The notes: a model not told the origin generated them from the sequence alone. DNA of 64,000 bases from an uncultured Flavobacteriales bacterium (GCA_964425255.1 CAYRMV010000002.1:765-64764); one strand, 5' to 3'. Positions 35,323 through 46,081 are shown, numbered from the stretch's first letter. Numbers and translations are program-made.

Positions 35323-36807
35323 TCATTCTTTGCCGAATTTCGACATCAGTTCATCCACAACACGGTCTGTTTCTTGAAATCGTTGCTCACGTTCTAATAT
35401 ACTCGGAGGAGCTACGCGATCCGTACAGTCTAAAATCGAACAAGTTTCACAAGTAACACCTACAGTACTTTTTGGAATCGCTTCATCTTGTAGAAATTGA
35501 ATTTTGTTTTGAGCTGCTGCATTCACATGAATTCCCAACGCGATACTGCGATAATATCCACCTCGGATGGGGTCTTTTGTTGCCGAACATAAAACCAAAT
35601 AGTTGTTTTCAGATCGATTGAAATGAGAAATTTGTACATCTATCAAATGATCCAAGTTTGTTTTTGGTAATTGAGCAACATTTTTAATAGCAATCCAACG
35701 TCGGCAATGCTGCTGATGGTTTTCATTACCATGAGGTTCATGCGTTGTTGTGATATGCAATTCTTTTGTTAGTTGAAATGAATTTCGCTCTGGTTTGTGA
35801 CGCATTCGGAGAAAAAACAAACTTTTCAAGCCAAAATCTTTGGGTAAAATGTTAGTCAACCGTTGGTAAAATGTTTCTGGTGAATCGGTAAACTGGTAAA
35901 TTATTTTTTCTAATTCCTGTGAATCAAATTCTTTTTTCTCAAAGAATTGCTTCATTTCTGCAACAAGTCTTTTACGTGGAATCATCAATGCTCCAGCAAA
36001 ATAACTGGCATAGAAATTATTCAAAACTTGGTCAAACGTTTCAAATTTAATCCATGAAAAAGTATACAATCGGTCAGTAATCTGTAAGTAATTGTATGCG
36101 ATTTCTTTTGCGTAAATAAATGCTCTTTGCGATTCATCTGTTTCTTTCGATATGAGCAATGTTTTGGTCGATGGTACAAATACAGAACGCAAATTGGATA
36201 ATTCTTTGTGTTGTTCCAATTCATCGTTGTTAATCGTGTATCCATATTCTTCAATCAAAATATCTTCCAGTTCTTGTGCTGTCAATTTGTGATTTGTAGA
36301 GATAGAATACGCTTTTGAGAAATTAACAGCTTCTTGTTCTACCCAGTCAAAATAATTGTTATTCGCCTCTTGGTATGATCGCAAAGCCGCCAAATAGAAG
36401 TTTTCTCTTCGTACATTGTATTGTTTTGATATTTCAATTAATGTCGATATGAATGCATTTACTTTTAAAGGTGCTTCTGCGATGATATCAATTAAATCTG
36501 CTTCGCGAATTCCAAATAATTCTAATGGAATTTCCTTCAAAATTCGAGACTGTAAAATTTCCCCTATGGGAGCTAGATTTTTATCCAATTTCAGTGAAAC
36601 CAAATGATCATACGTTGTTTCTAATGCTTCTGAAAGGAGAAGAATCTTGTCTCTTTTAGGATATTTTTTTCCTTTTTCAATTTCATTCAGGTATGATTTT
36701 GAAAGTCCCGTAATTTTTGACAAGCCAAACAAAGATAGATTTCGATCTGTCCTTATTTGTTTCAATTTTAATCCAAAAATTAATCGAATATACTCTTCTT
36801 CAATCAT
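35323..36807 (-). CDS. XRE-HTH / degenerate ImmA-IrrE peptidase-like / DUF2083-type regulator (RamB/PrpR-like short-chain fatty acyl-CoA regulator)
   Basis: HTH LKQIRTDRNLSLFGLSKITGLSKSYLNEIEKGKKYP. The central peptidase-like region lacks HExxH (FIYAKEIAYNYL). C-terminal Cys cluster CETCSILDC. ATG at 36807. Confidence 0.65.
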   Translation of the reverse strand: MIEEEYIRLIFGLKLKQIRTDRNLSLFGLSKITGLSKSYLNEIEKGKKYPKRDKILLLSEALETTYDHLVSLKLDKNLAPIGEILQSRILKEIPLELFGIREADLIDIIAEAPLKVNAFISTLIEISKQYNVRRENFYLAALRSYQEANNNYFDWVEQEAVNFSKAYSISTNHKLTAQELEDILIEEYGYTINNDELEQHKELSNLRSVFVPSTKTLLISKETDESQRAFIYAKEIAYNYLQITDRLYTFSWIKFETFDQVLNNFYASYFAGALMIPRKRLVAEMKQFFEKKEFDSQELEKIIYQFTDSPETFYQRLTNILPKDFGLKSLFFLRMRHKPERNSFQLTKELHITTTHEPHGNENHQQHCRRWIAIKNVAQLPKTNLDHLIDVQISHFNRSENNYLVLCSATKDPIRGGYYRSIALGIHVNAAAQNKIQFLQDEAIPKSTVGVTCETCSILDCTDRVAPPSILEREQRFQETDRVVDELMSKFGKE

Positions 36808-36911
36808 GCGAAATATTATTTGCCTTTGACAAACAAAGGTGCGATTTTTTCTTAGACAAAAAAAGCTGTTCTTCAACGAGGAACAGCTTTACAAATTATT
36901 TATTTGATTTC

Positions 36912-37883
36912 TTAATGCGAACTTCGTTCATTAAAAACACAATTCAAAAACAAATGATTGCCTCTTTTTTGTTCTGCTTCCAAGCGTTTCATCAACTGAG
37001 AAACTGTATGCATTCCTATTTCATGAATTGGCTGACGTAGCGCCGAAATACTCGGATTTGTATATGCAAAAGCTAAGTCATCTTCAAATGACAAAACTTT
37101 CAACTCATTCGGAACTTGAATTTTATACGATTGAATTAAATCCAAACATTGCAATGTTGCAGTTGAATCGATGCTCAATACGGCATCATATCCAGCTTGA
37201 ATCGGATTGGATTTTACTAGTTCACGACTTGTTAATAGCTCAAATGAGATTCCAGCTTCTTGTGCTGCCTTACTTACACCATTAATTCTTGCCTGCACCG
37301 AGTGTGCATTTGTTTCATGGTGAACAACTGCAAGTTTTTTTGGTTTCGAAGAAAATTTACTCACCAATTCATGCGCTTCTTTGTAGTAATCAATTCCTAC
37401 AAAATCACCAAATTCATCCGCAATGCGATCCATGAAAACCACTGGAATTGGCGTGTTATCAAGCAAAGGTTGTAATGGAGCCACTTCGTTACAGTGAACA
37501 ATAATCATTCCGTCAATCGAGCGATTAATCAATTCTTCCACCAATTCAATCTCCAAACTAGGATCGTCATTCGTGTTGACAATGAATACATTATATCCTT
37601 TTGTAAACAATTCTTGTTGAATCATTTTACTCAAACCCGCATAAAGTGGTTTGGTGATATCTGGAACAACTAATCCAACTGTTTTTGTTTTCCCTTCACG
37701 CAAACTTTTAGCAAAAAAATTAGGAACATAGTTGAGTTCTTTGGCTTTTTCGCGAATGGCTTTTTGTGTTTCGGGACTAATATTATATTGATCTCCTTTG
37801 TCATTTAATACAAATGAAACGGTTGACTTCGATATTCCGAGACTCGAAGCTATATCGGCTAATGAGACTTTTTTACTGGACAC
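36912..37883 (-). CDS. LacI-family transcriptional regulator
   Basis: N-terminal HTH VSLADIASSLGISKSTVSFVLND, followed by a periplasmic-binding-protein-like fold (VGLVVPDI...). Confidence 0.85.
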   Translation of the reverse strand: MSSKKVSLADIASSLGISKSTVSFVLNDKGDQYNISPETQKAIREKAKELNYVPNFFAKSLREGKTKTVGLVVPDITKPLYAGLSKMIQQELFTKGYNVFIVNTNDDPSLEIELVEELINRSIDGMIIVHCNEVAPLQPLLDNTPIPVVFMDRIADEFGDFVGIDYYKEAHELVSKFSSKPKKLAVVHHETNAHSVQARINGVSKAAQEAGISFELLTSRELVKSNPIQAGYDAVLSIDSTATLQCLDLIQSYKIQVPNELKVLSFEDDLAFAYTNPSISALRQPIHEIGMHTVSQLMKRLEAEQKRGNHLFLNCVFNERSSH

Positions 37884-37904
37884 TTTAATTCGATTTTTGG
37901 ATGA

Positions 37905-38903
37905 TTAACTCAATTTGTCTGTCAAGATACGCATTTCTATTACAGGTGAAATACGTTCATACAGAATATTATATACCGCTTCAACGATCGGCATTTCGAC
38001 TTGGAATTTTTTGTTGATTTCAACGACACTTTTTACAGCAAAATATCCTTCTGCTATCATATCCATCTCCAATTGTGCTGTTTTTACCGAATATCCTTTT
38101 CCAATCATAAAACCAAAGGTGCGATTGCGAGAAAATTTGGAATAAGCAGTAACCAACAAATCACCTAAGTAAGCACTTGATTTCACATCTCGGTGAATCG
38201 GGCTAACTTCGTCAATAAAATTTTCTATTTCTTGTATTGCATTGGATATCAATACGGCTTGAAAATTATCGCCATATCCCAATCCCGCACAAATTCCCGA
38301 AGCGATGGAATACACATTTTTTAGAATAGCAGAAAGTTCTGTTCCAAATAAATCATCTGAAACGGTTGTTTTGATGTACCTACATGCTAACAAATCAGCC
38401 ATTGTGTCTGCAATTCCTTCGTCTTGACAAGCAATAGTGAGGTACGATAAACGTTCCAATGCAACTTCTTCCGCGTGACAAGGACCACAAATAATCCCAA
38501 TTTTAGAATAAGGAGTTTGAAATGTTTTGTGAATGTATCTTGCTGGAATGGCGTTGTATTCAGGAACGATTCCTTTTACAGCTGAAAAAACTGCTTTCCC
38601 TTCAAATAATTTGGGTGAAATGTGCTCGAACAATTTGTATAAAAAAGCAGATGGTGTGGCTATGATGACTATATCTGCGGGTTCGATAATTTCTTCTAAA
38701 TTGGTGGAAACATTGATTTTATTCAAATCAAATTCCACAGATTGCAGGTATCGTGGATTGTGACGATATTTCAGAATGTGAGCAACTTGTCCGTCACTTC
38801 GCATCCACCAGTTTACCGATGTAAGGTTGTTACATAGGATTTTCACCAATGCTGTTGCCCAACTTCCTCCTCCAATTACTGCTATTTTTTTTGGTTTATC
38901 CAT
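37905..38903 (-). CDS. gpsA: NAD(P)H-dependent glycerol-3-phosphate dehydrogenase
   Basis: KIAVIGGGSWATALVKIL Rossmann motif, GPCHAEEVA and NRTFG motifs. ATG at 38903. Confidence 0.9.
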   Translation of the reverse strand: MDKPKKIAVIGGGSWATALVKILCNNLTSVNWWMRSDGQVAHILKYRHNPRYLQSVEFDLNKINVSTNLEEIIEPADIVIIATPSAFLYKLFEHISPKLFEGKAVFSAVKGIVPEYNAIPARYIHKTFQTPYSKIGIICGPCHAEEVALERLSYLTIACQDEGIADTMADLLACRYIKTTVSDDLFGTELSAILKNVYSIASGICAGLGYGDNFQAVLISNAIQEIENFIDEVSPIHRDVKSSAYLGDLLVTAYSKFSRNRTFGFMIGKGYSVKTAQLEMDMIAEGYFAVKSVVEINKKFQVEMPIVEAVYNILYERISPVIEMRILTDKLS

Positions 38904-39007
38904 TTTCAAATCTGCCCTGCAAAGGTACGCTAACTTTTTCAACTGTTAGATAATCACGCCTTTTTTTCTCATAGACGTCAACTTTTGGAATCTAATTAAT
39001 TTTGATT

Positions 39008-42000
39008 TTAAGAAAAATTCATTTTCCAACCTCGATTTTTTAAAGTTGAAATAAATGTAAATAGAGCCTGTGCATTTGGTATTTGGTTTTCAATTTGATG
39101 TATTGTGATTTGATTTCCATTGATTTCAGGGTCAATGTTGTATGGGAATTTTATTAAACTATTTTCAGTTGAATTTTCAAGATTCATCACATAACGTTTC
39201 AACAGTTCGATAGATTCATTGTTTGTCGGTGGGAAATCTTCCGCTTTGACCGATGAGAAAAAATGGATTTCTTGTTGCGCTCTACTGAAAAGGACGTTCA
39301 ATCTTTTCGCTCCTTGACTCGAATTGATTGGGCCCATTCTTAATTCAAATTTTCCACTTGGATTTTTTCCATAACCCAAACTAATTAGTAAAATTCCGCA
39401 TTCGTCTCCTTGTATTTGTTCCAACGGACGAAAGAAAAAGTCATTTTCTTCTATTTTTTGCTCAAAAAGAAATTGTGTTTTTGGGGAAAGTTTACTCCAA
39501 ATTAGCTTGCTCTGTTTTTCAGAAAATGCAACCACACCCAATGATTTAACTCGATTGATATGTGTTTCGATCCATGTTGCAATCGCTTGAGCTTCTGGGT
39601 GATTAGTCCCTGCTTCGTAAATGCCATTTTCGATAAAATGCCAATTGAGTGGTTTTTGAGCATGTTTCGCAGATGGAAAAACAAGCAGTTTTTTATCGTA
39701 AAAATAGGTGTTCGAAAACGCGATTAGTGCAGAATGTTCACTGCGATAATGATGGTGTAAAAAGCAAGAATTTAAGTGAAATTTTGCTTGATGTAGAACG
39801 TCGTGTCCGAGTTGAATGTGATTAAAATAAGAACTTGGAGGCATTTGTTGTTCATCTCCTGCGATCACAATTCGTTTACTTCGTTGTAAGGATCCGAGAA
39901 TGTGGGGAACCGGAATTTGACTTGCTTCATCCACCAAACACCAGTCAAAATAATTTGTTTCAAATGGAATTTGTTTGGAAACTTCTGCGGGCGTTGCTAA
40001 CCATATTGGACAGATTGTTTCTATCCATAAACGGGCATCCGATTGGATTAATTCGCGAAAATGCAAGTGGTTGCGCGATTTTGAAAATTGCTTGATCAAA
40101 ATTGCTTTTCCTTTTTTAAGTTGAATTCTTTTTTCTCGTTGTTCTGCATTTAGTTTCGCAGGGTTGGCACGAAGCAATTCATGGTATGCGTGGAATTGTC
40201 TACATTTCAACGCATGAATTTCTTCGATTGTTGCTTTTTGTTCCCGTTCAATGGCTTGTTCAATTGCTTCTATTTGTTCCAAGAGTTTTGCTCCAGACCA
40301 ATGAACTAAATCTGGGAATTGACCTTCCAGTTTTATCCAGTTTGATTTGATTACATAGTTCTCTGCATCTTCCAAGTCATTCGCATAAGCCAGTATTTGA
40401 AGACCATTCGAGCCGATTTTTTCCCATAAAGATTGCTTTGAAACAAGTTGTTTAAACGATTCCGAACATAATTGTTGACAAAATTCGACTAGATTTAACT
40501 TTTGATCGTAATTGATTACGTTCTTTAATGTGTTTAGACAGGTTTTTAAATCTTTGTTATTGTTCAGTTCGTCTTTAATCTCTTCTGAAAGATGTGATAT
40601 TTCATGTAATCTAGAAGCATGATTGGACCAATTTGAAATAAAATGCTGAATCGGGGCGTTTTCAATTTCAGGCTGTTGAATCTGAAACGCTGCATAATCA
40701 GTCAATAATTTTTTTCGCTGATTTTCAAGGATTAAGTATTTTTTCCAATCTTCTAAATGTGAAATAGAAAAAGGAATGGTTGGATGTAAATACGCTTGAA
40801 TTTGTTTCTTTTGCTTAATTCTTGTCCAGAAATTTGTTGGTGGGTTGTTGAGCCAATTTTCGATTTGAAGCAAACTAGGTTCTATTTTCCAAACGGATTT
40901 ATAACGTTGAACGGTTTCCCATTCCAACATAAATTGATTCCAACGTTGTGTGATTTTTTTCCATTTAAGCTGTTTTTTTTCTTGTTGAATCCATGGATAT
41001 TGAATAAAAAAGCTGTGTTCATAAAGAGACAAAAACACCTGTTGCGCTAATCGATTTTCAAAATCCTGCAAGGTGTTGATATGTAGCCTTGTTAAGATTT
41101 TTTCTAATTCTTTTGCGAGATAACGAAGGTCATCGGAAAATACGTTGTAATTGCTCCAAATACTTGGTTTTATTGCTGTTAATAAAAATCGTTCCGTTTC
41201 ATTTGGAAAATATTCGAGCCAGTATTTTTTCTGATTTTTCCACTCTTTTAGTGTGATCGGTAAATCAACCCAAGGAGTTTTATGCCAAGAACCTTTGGAC
41301 GTAATTTCTTTGAATTCCCAAAATGAAACACCTGAAAGAAGTTCTTTCTGCTTCAACCGTTCCAACCGTTGTTGCAATACATTCAGTCTCATTTCAGCTT
41401 CAGGAAGAACGGTTTTTTTCCTTTCAGTTGATGTCAAGGCTAGATTTTCCCAAACACGATGAAGCTGTTGGTACCATTCGCTTCTTTTTTGTTTTCCAGA
41501 CAAAACCAAAAGGTAATCACTTAACCCGAGTTGTTCCAGTTTTTTTTGTACCACATGCAAAGCTGATTTTTTTTCAGAAACAACCAAGGCATTTTGGGAA
41601 GTTTGAAGTATTTTACCGAGTATTAACGTTAAAATTTGCGATTTACCAGTGCCTGGAGGACCTTGGATCACCAAATCTTCTTTTTCAATTTGAGTCAATA
41701 TGTGTTTTTGATCAGAATCGACAGCAAGAATGTTTCCTATTGGAAAAATTATGGGTTCTCGAATAATTGGTGTTGGTTCACCTAAAAATAACTGTACTTG
41801 ATTTTGCCATTCATCACACAGATCTAGACTACGTAAGTCACGCAAAATCGCAAAACGATCTGGATGAAATAAGTCAATTCCGCTCAAGTGAACAAGCTCA
41901 CAAGGAAAAGAGAATTCCGCTAAAATTTGTTCAATCTGAACAATCATTTCCGTGAGCGATCCTGGTTGTACCTCCAAAGATATATTGGCTTCTTGTAAAA

Positions 42001-42361
42001 ATAAATAATCCAAATAAGGATTTATTTCCCAGTTCTCTTCCGAAAAGTGGAGTGTGATTTCACTAGAAAAGGGTGTTTTTTTTGATTCTAAAGGAGTTAA
42101 AAACAAAGGACTTGTGTAGCTTTTTTCGTCTTTTTTCCAAACCAAAAAGCCTCCAGCAAGCGCGAGCGGATTCACACCAGTTTCGCGAATGGAATCTTGC
42201 ACTGTTTTTAGTTTTTTATTCCATGTAGCATTGTTTGAAAAGCGGATCTCTGATGTGGGTGGGATTTCTATTTTCTCGCCAAGAAAATGTACCAAACAGT
42301 CACTATCTGGAAATGCAGTTAGCGCTTGAATATAGGGTTTGAGTACATCTTTGTTTTTCAT
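39008..42361 (-). CDS. superfamily-1 (Upf1/DNA2-like, AAA_11/AAA_12) helicase with DUF4011-like N-terminus
   Basis: NPLALAGGFLVWKK N-terminal pattern, Walker A QGPPGTGKSQ, Walker B CLVDEASQ, IAGDEQQMPP, HYRSEHSALIAFSN, and RLNVLFSRAQ. Confidence 0.8.
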   Translation of the reverse strand: MKNKDVLKPYIQALTAFPDSDCLVHFLGEKIEIPPTSEIRFSNNATWNKKLKTVQDSIRETGVNPLALAGGFLVWKKDEKSYTSPLFLTPLESKKTPFSSEITLHFSEENWEINPYLDYLFLQEANISLEVQPGSLTEMIVQIEQILAEFSFPCELVHLSGIDLFHPDRFAILRDLRSLDLCDEWQNQVQLFLGEPTPIIREPIIFPIGNILAVDSDQKHILTQIEKEDLVIQGPPGTGKSQILTLILGKILQTSQNALVVSEKKSALHVVQKKLEQLGLSDYLLVLSGKQKRSEWYQQLHRVWENLALTSTERKKTVLPEAEMRLNVLQQRLERLKQKELLSGVSFWEFKEITSKGSWHKTPWVDLPITLKEWKNQKKYWLEYFPNETERFLLTAIKPSIWSNYNVFSDDLRYLAKELEKILTRLHINTLQDFENRLAQQVFLSLYEHSFFIQYPWIQQEKKQLKWKKITQRWNQFMLEWETVQRYKSVWKIEPSLLQIENWLNNPPTNFWTRIKQKKQIQAYLHPTIPFSISHLEDWKKYLILENQRKKLLTDYAAFQIQQPEIENAPIQHFISNWSNHASRLHEISHLSEEIKDELNNNKDLKTCLNTLKNVINYDQKLNLVEFCQQLCSESFKQLVSKQSLWEKIGSNGLQILAYANDLEDAENYVIKSNWIKLEGQFPDLVHWSGAKLLEQIEAIEQAIEREQKATIEEIHALKCRQFHAYHELLRANPAKLNAEQREKRIQLKKGKAILIKQFSKSRNHLHFRELIQSDARLWIETICPIWLATPAEVSKQIPFETNYFDWCLVDEASQIPVPHILGSLQRSKRIVIAGDEQQMPPSSYFNHIQLGHDVLHQAKFHLNSCFLHHHYRSEHSALIAFSNTYFYDKKLLVFPSAKHAQKPLNWHFIENGIYEAGTNHPEAQAIATWIETHINRVKSLGVVAFSEKQSKLIWSKLSPKTQFLFEQKIEENDFFFRPLEQIQGDECGILLISLGYGKNPSGKFELRMGPINSSQGAKRLNVLFSRAQQEIHFFSSVKAEDFPPTNNESIELLKRYVMNLENSTENSLIKFPYNIDPEINGNQITIHQIENQIPNAQALFTFISTLKNRGWKMNFS

Positions 42362-42364
42362 TTA

Positions 42365-43399
42365 CTACCAAAAAATGACAATTTTACCTGTTGATTTTCC
42401 CGATTCTAACAATTCATGGGCTTCTGCCAAGGATTCATACGAAAAACTTGCTCCTACTTCAACTTGTATTTCTTGTTCGAGTCGCATTCGAACCACTTCA
42501 CGTAAACAATGGGTTAGAATTTCAGGACGATGATCTGCTATTTTTAACATATTTACTCCAAGTACATTTTTGGAGCGCATCATCAATCCAATCGGAACAA
42601 CAATTCCCATTTTTCGGACAAAATTTAAGGTGGAGAAAAGGCCCCATTTTTTACCCGATCGTTCTGAACCACCAAATAAAATTAATCTACCTCCAGAGCC
42701 CAACATCCGCCAATCTTTTTTGAACGTTGAACCTGCAACAGGATTAAAACTTATATCTAATCTGTTTGCACCTAGTTTTGTTTTTAATTGTTCTTCGTAA
42801 TCTTTTACGTTGTAGTTTATAACTTCATCTGCACCTAACTTTCGAACGATTTCAGTTTTAGCATCCGAACCAATTTTAGCATATACAATAGCACCTTTTG
42901 CTTTTGCCATTTGAATCAATGCTGTGCCCACTCCTCCAGCTGCCGCATGAATTAAAACGCGATCACCAGGGAAAATATTGGTTAAATAGGACGACATGTA
43001 ATAAGCTGTTACAAACTGTGTGGAAAGTGCCATTGCTTCTGCTGCCGAAAGGGATCCAATTTCTGCTACAGCATAATCGAATGTAATCACCTCTTGTGCA
43101 TATCCTCCAAAACGGGTGAAAGCAACAACTCGTTTACCCATCCAATTTGCATCTACTTTTTCACCGATAGCTGAAATTTTTCCGACCACTTCATATCCAA
43201 TAACGGCTGGAAGTGGTGGCGCTTCACGGTATAATTTCAAACGAGCCATTACGTCGGCGTAGTTCAAACCAAAAGCTTCAACAGAAATTTGCACTTCATT
43301 TTCTGCTAATTTTTTTAATGAAATTGGTTTGAGTTCAAAAGCCTCTTGTGCTTTTCCATAAGATTTTAGAACCCAAGCTTTAGTCTCGTTTTTTTGCAT
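42365..43399 (-). CDS. medium-chain dehydrogenase/reductase, NADPH:quinone oxidoreductase-like
   Basis: GLNYADVMARLKLY, VLIHAAAGGVGTALIQMAKAKGA nucleotide-binding motif, and C-terminal GKSTGKIVIFW. Confidence 0.8.
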   Translation of the reverse strand: MQKNETKAWVLKSYGKAQEAFELKPISLKKLAENEVQISVEAFGLNYADVMARLKLYREAPPLPAVIGYEVVGKISAIGEKVDANWMGKRVVAFTRFGGYAQEVITFDYAVAEIGSLSAAEAMALSTQFVTAYYMSSYLTNIFPGDRVLIHAAAGGVGTALIQMAKAKGAIVYAKIGSDAKTEIVRKLGADEVINYNVKDYEEQLKTKLGANRLDISFNPVAGSTFKKDWRMLGSGGRLILFGGSERSGKKWGLFSTLNFVRKMGIVVPIGLMMRSKNVLGVNMLKIADHRPEILTHCLREVVRMRLEQEIQVEVGASFSYESLAEAHELLESGKSTGKIVIFW

Positions 43400-44060
43400 T
43401 TTTTCCTTCGATTATTACAACAATTTCTCCTTTAGGCGGATTTTTTTCGTAATGTAACCGAACTTCTTCCGCTGTTCCTCGTTGATATTCTTCGTAAATT
43501 TTTGAAATCTCACGTACGACACACACACGTCTGTCTCCTCCCATGAATTCTTCAATTTGCTGAAGACATTTCACCAAACGATGGGGAGATTCATACAAAA
43601 CAACAGTGCGTTCTTCTTCCGCGATTTCTAAAAATTTGGTTTGACGTCCTTTTTTATGGGGTAAAAATCCTTCAAAGCAAAAACGATCCGATGGGAATCC
43701 ACTTCCAACCAATGCAGGAATTAAAGCAGTTGGTCCAGGAAGACAAGAAACAGGAATTTGTGCTTCAATGCATGCACGGACTAATAAAAACCCTGGGTCT
43801 GAAATAGCAGGTGTTCCAGCATCTGATACCAGAACAGTGAGTTGATTCATTTTAATTTTTGAAACAACATGCTCTAAGGTCTTATGTTCATTGTGTGCAT
43901 GAAATGGAATAACGGTCTTTTGAATTTCAAAATGATTCAATAATTTTTTCGTTACGCGTGTATCTTCCGCATAAATGCAATCTGCTTCTTTCAACATGCG
44001 TAATGCGCGAAGCGTAATGTCTTCTAAATTACCTACCGGTGTTGGAACGAGTATTAACAT
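43380..44060 (-). CDS. rsmI: 16S rRNA (cytidine1402-2'-O)-methyltransferase
   Basis: LILVPTPVGNLEDITLRALRMLKEADCIYAEDTR, LVSDAGTPAISDPG, and VLYESPHRL. Confidence 0.9.
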   Translation of the reverse strand: MLILVPTPVGNLEDITLRALRMLKEADCIYAEDTRVTKKLLNHFEIQKTVIPFHAHNEHKTLEHVVSKIKMNQLTVLVSDAGTPAISDPGFLLVRACIEAQIPVSCLPGPTALIPALVGSGFPSDRFCFEGFLPHKKGRQTKFLEIAEEERTVVLYESPHRLVKCLQQIEEFMGGDRRVCVVREISKIYEEYQRGTAEEVRLHYEKNPPKGEIVVIIEGKNAKKRD

Positions 44061-44069
44061 GCTGCGAAG

Positions 44070-44810
44070 TTAACGTGTTAAAACGATGTAATCGAGTAAA
44101 ATGGTTTTTAAGAATGGAACTGCTCGATTTTTTTCAAATGGAATATGGAGTGTTTCGGCTGTTTTCTTGGCCAAATCTTCAATTAGTTTTCTTGTTTCAA
44201 AATTCGGGTATTGCTCAACTCTTCGAAGTGAACGCTTAATTAACATCATGTCTTCATCCGTAAATCGAATCACTTGTGGATAAGTAGGCACATGTGAATC
44301 GGCATTGCGAATCGCTAAAACATGCGATAAATTATAAGCAGTTGATGGTCTTTTTCGGATAACAACCGTGTTAGCCATCGTGTCGCCTAAGCGTTGACCT
44401 TGTTTGGAAGTTGAAGCAAACAACATCGCCAAAGAGCCAAAACCAAACCAAATGTCAACCAAACGAAAAATCCAACGGGTCATGTATGCTCGCGCCCCTG
44501 CGTTTTCACCAGTCACACTTACCACTCTGATACCCATCGTGTATTTTCCTAAACTTTGTCCACGGGTAAAAAATTCAATGATGGGACTGTAAAAAATCCA
44601 AGGAATACGCACTAAAAATAAATACCAAAATTCTATTGTACCAACATTATTTGTTCCCCACATAGAAATACCTATTATTAGCGACATGAAGAAAAGGTAA
44701 ATCAACAAAGCAAAAAGATCGATTAAACTAGCAGCCAAACGATAACTTACGGGTGCAATTTCGTATTCAATTTTTACATGTTGTGCCGTTGTAAACTCAA
44801 TCGTTTTCAT
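44070..44810 (-). CDS. RDD-family membrane protein
   Basis: TM segments and GQSLGKYTMGIRVV, the RDD-domain pattern. Confidence 0.7.
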   Translation of the reverse strand: MKTIEFTTAQHVKIEYEIAPVSYRLAASLIDLFALLIYLFFMSLIIGISMWGTNNVGTIEFWYLFLVRIPWIFYSPIIEFFTRGQSLGKYTMGIRVVSVTGENAGARAYMTRWIFRLVDIWFGFGSLAMLFASTSKQGQRLGDTMANTVVIRKRPSTAYNLSHVLAIRNADSHVPTYPQVIRFTDEDMMLIKRSLRRVEQYPNFETRKLIEDLAKKTAETLHIPFEKNRAVPFLKTILLDYIVLTR

Positions 44811-44981
44811 GCTTTTTTAAGTAATGGATTCATCCTTAGTGGATCAATCTTTAAGTGATAATCCAATTTAATAAGCTAAAGTACATTTTTTTCTTCAAAC
44901 TTTAGTGTGCGATAAGACTCGAAACACCTCTTGCTTTTCTGAACTGGTCTGAAATTTGTATTTTAGTGGAAAAATGATGGT

Positions 44982-46079
44982 ATGAAACGTTTGTTATTTT
45001 CTTTTTTGATTCTTTTTTCTTTGGTTTCTTATGCGCAAACAACGATGCGTATTGAAGTTAGGGAAATGCCGACCAATTGTCAAGCGATGGTTCCTAAAAC
45101 CTGTTTGCAATATCGCATTCCAGGTGAAAAAACCTGGTCGGTTTTTTCGGATCGGATAAGTGGTTTTGTTTATCAAGCAGGATTCGTTTACACCTTGGAT
45201 ATCATTCAAACAGAACGGCCAAAACCTGTTCCAGCGGATTTATCCAATTATATTTACAAGTTAGATAAAATTGTTTCCATGAAAGTGGTTCCAACTTCGA
45301 GTGATTTTGTTCGTTGGGATGTCGTTCGGTTGAATGGAAAAGAGGTAAGTGTAGATCAATTATATCTTCAGTTTGACTCTACATTTGTTCGTATTTCAGG
45401 GCAAAGCGGGTGTAACCGTTTTTCGGGAGCTATACAATTCAACAAGAAAAACACGAAAGTGAAAACGAATTTGTTTATGAGCACCAAAATGGCTTGCGAA
45501 AACGATCGTATGCAAGTGGAAAATGAATTCATAAAAGCAATTTCAAATAGAAAATTCAAATTAAAGGTAGAAGATGGTTTGTGGATTTGGTCATCCAAAG
45601 GAAAAGAAATACTTGCATTAAAGTCAGTGCCAGTTCATTTTATTCACCCGATTCATCCGTATGGCACTTCGGTAATGCCTTCTCCCATTGAAAAACCAAG
45701 TAATTTGGAAGATCGCAGTGCGGTTGATTATTTCCAAGGAAAGGAATTACGCGTAATTCAATTAAAAGGAATCTCGATTGAAAATTCAAATCTATTCATG
45801 ACTTTTGATTTTCAGAATGGTCGTTTTACAGGAAAAACAGGATGTAATTCTGTTGGTGGATCGTTACAATACGATGGAGATAAAATGATATTTAGTCAAG
45901 TTTTTTCTACCAAAATGGCTTGCTTGGATCCGGCAAAGATGGATCGTGAAAAAGAAATGATTTCGATTTTAAATGCAGGTGATGTTCGATATGATGGGGC
46001 TGAGGTCACACTCAATTTATATCTTCAAGGTGAATTGGTCATGATGCTTGTCCCTTCCAAAGTGAAAGCAACCGAATAA
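44982..46079 (+). CDS. secreted protein with two META (HslJ-like) domains and a DUF4377-like N-terminal domain
   Basis: Signal peptide. Repeated META pattern SGCNRFSGAIQF...STKMACEN and TGCNSVGGSLQY...STKMACLD. Confidence 0.7.
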   Translation: MKRLLFSFLILFSLVSYAQTTMRIEVREMPTNCQAMVPKTCLQYRIPGEKTWSVFSDRISGFVYQAGFVYTLDIIQTERPKPVPADLSNYIYKLDKIVSMKVVPTSSDFVRWDVVRLNGKEVSVDQLYLQFDSTFVRISGQSGCNRFSGAIQFNKKNTKVKTNLFMSTKMACENDRMQVENEFIKAISNRKFKLKVEDGLWIWSSKGKEILALKSVPVHFIHPIHPYGTSVMPSPIEKPSNLEDRSAVDYFQGKELRVIQLKGISIENSNLFMTFDFQNGRFTGKTGCNSVGGSLQYDGDKMIFSQVFSTKMACLDPAKMDREKEMISILNAGDVRYDGAEVTLNLYLQGELVMMLVPSKVKATE

Positions 46080-46081
46080 GT

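Noticed and set aside
39008-42361. The DUF4011-type SF1 helicase as a single-gene defence system (Hhe-like)
   Set aside because: I could not recognise a Vsr/DUF559 or other nuclease domain in the ~110-aa C-terminal tail. The gene is flanked by and co-directional with housekeeping genes (quinone oxidoreductase 3 nt upstream, gpsA downstream) and has host-like composition.
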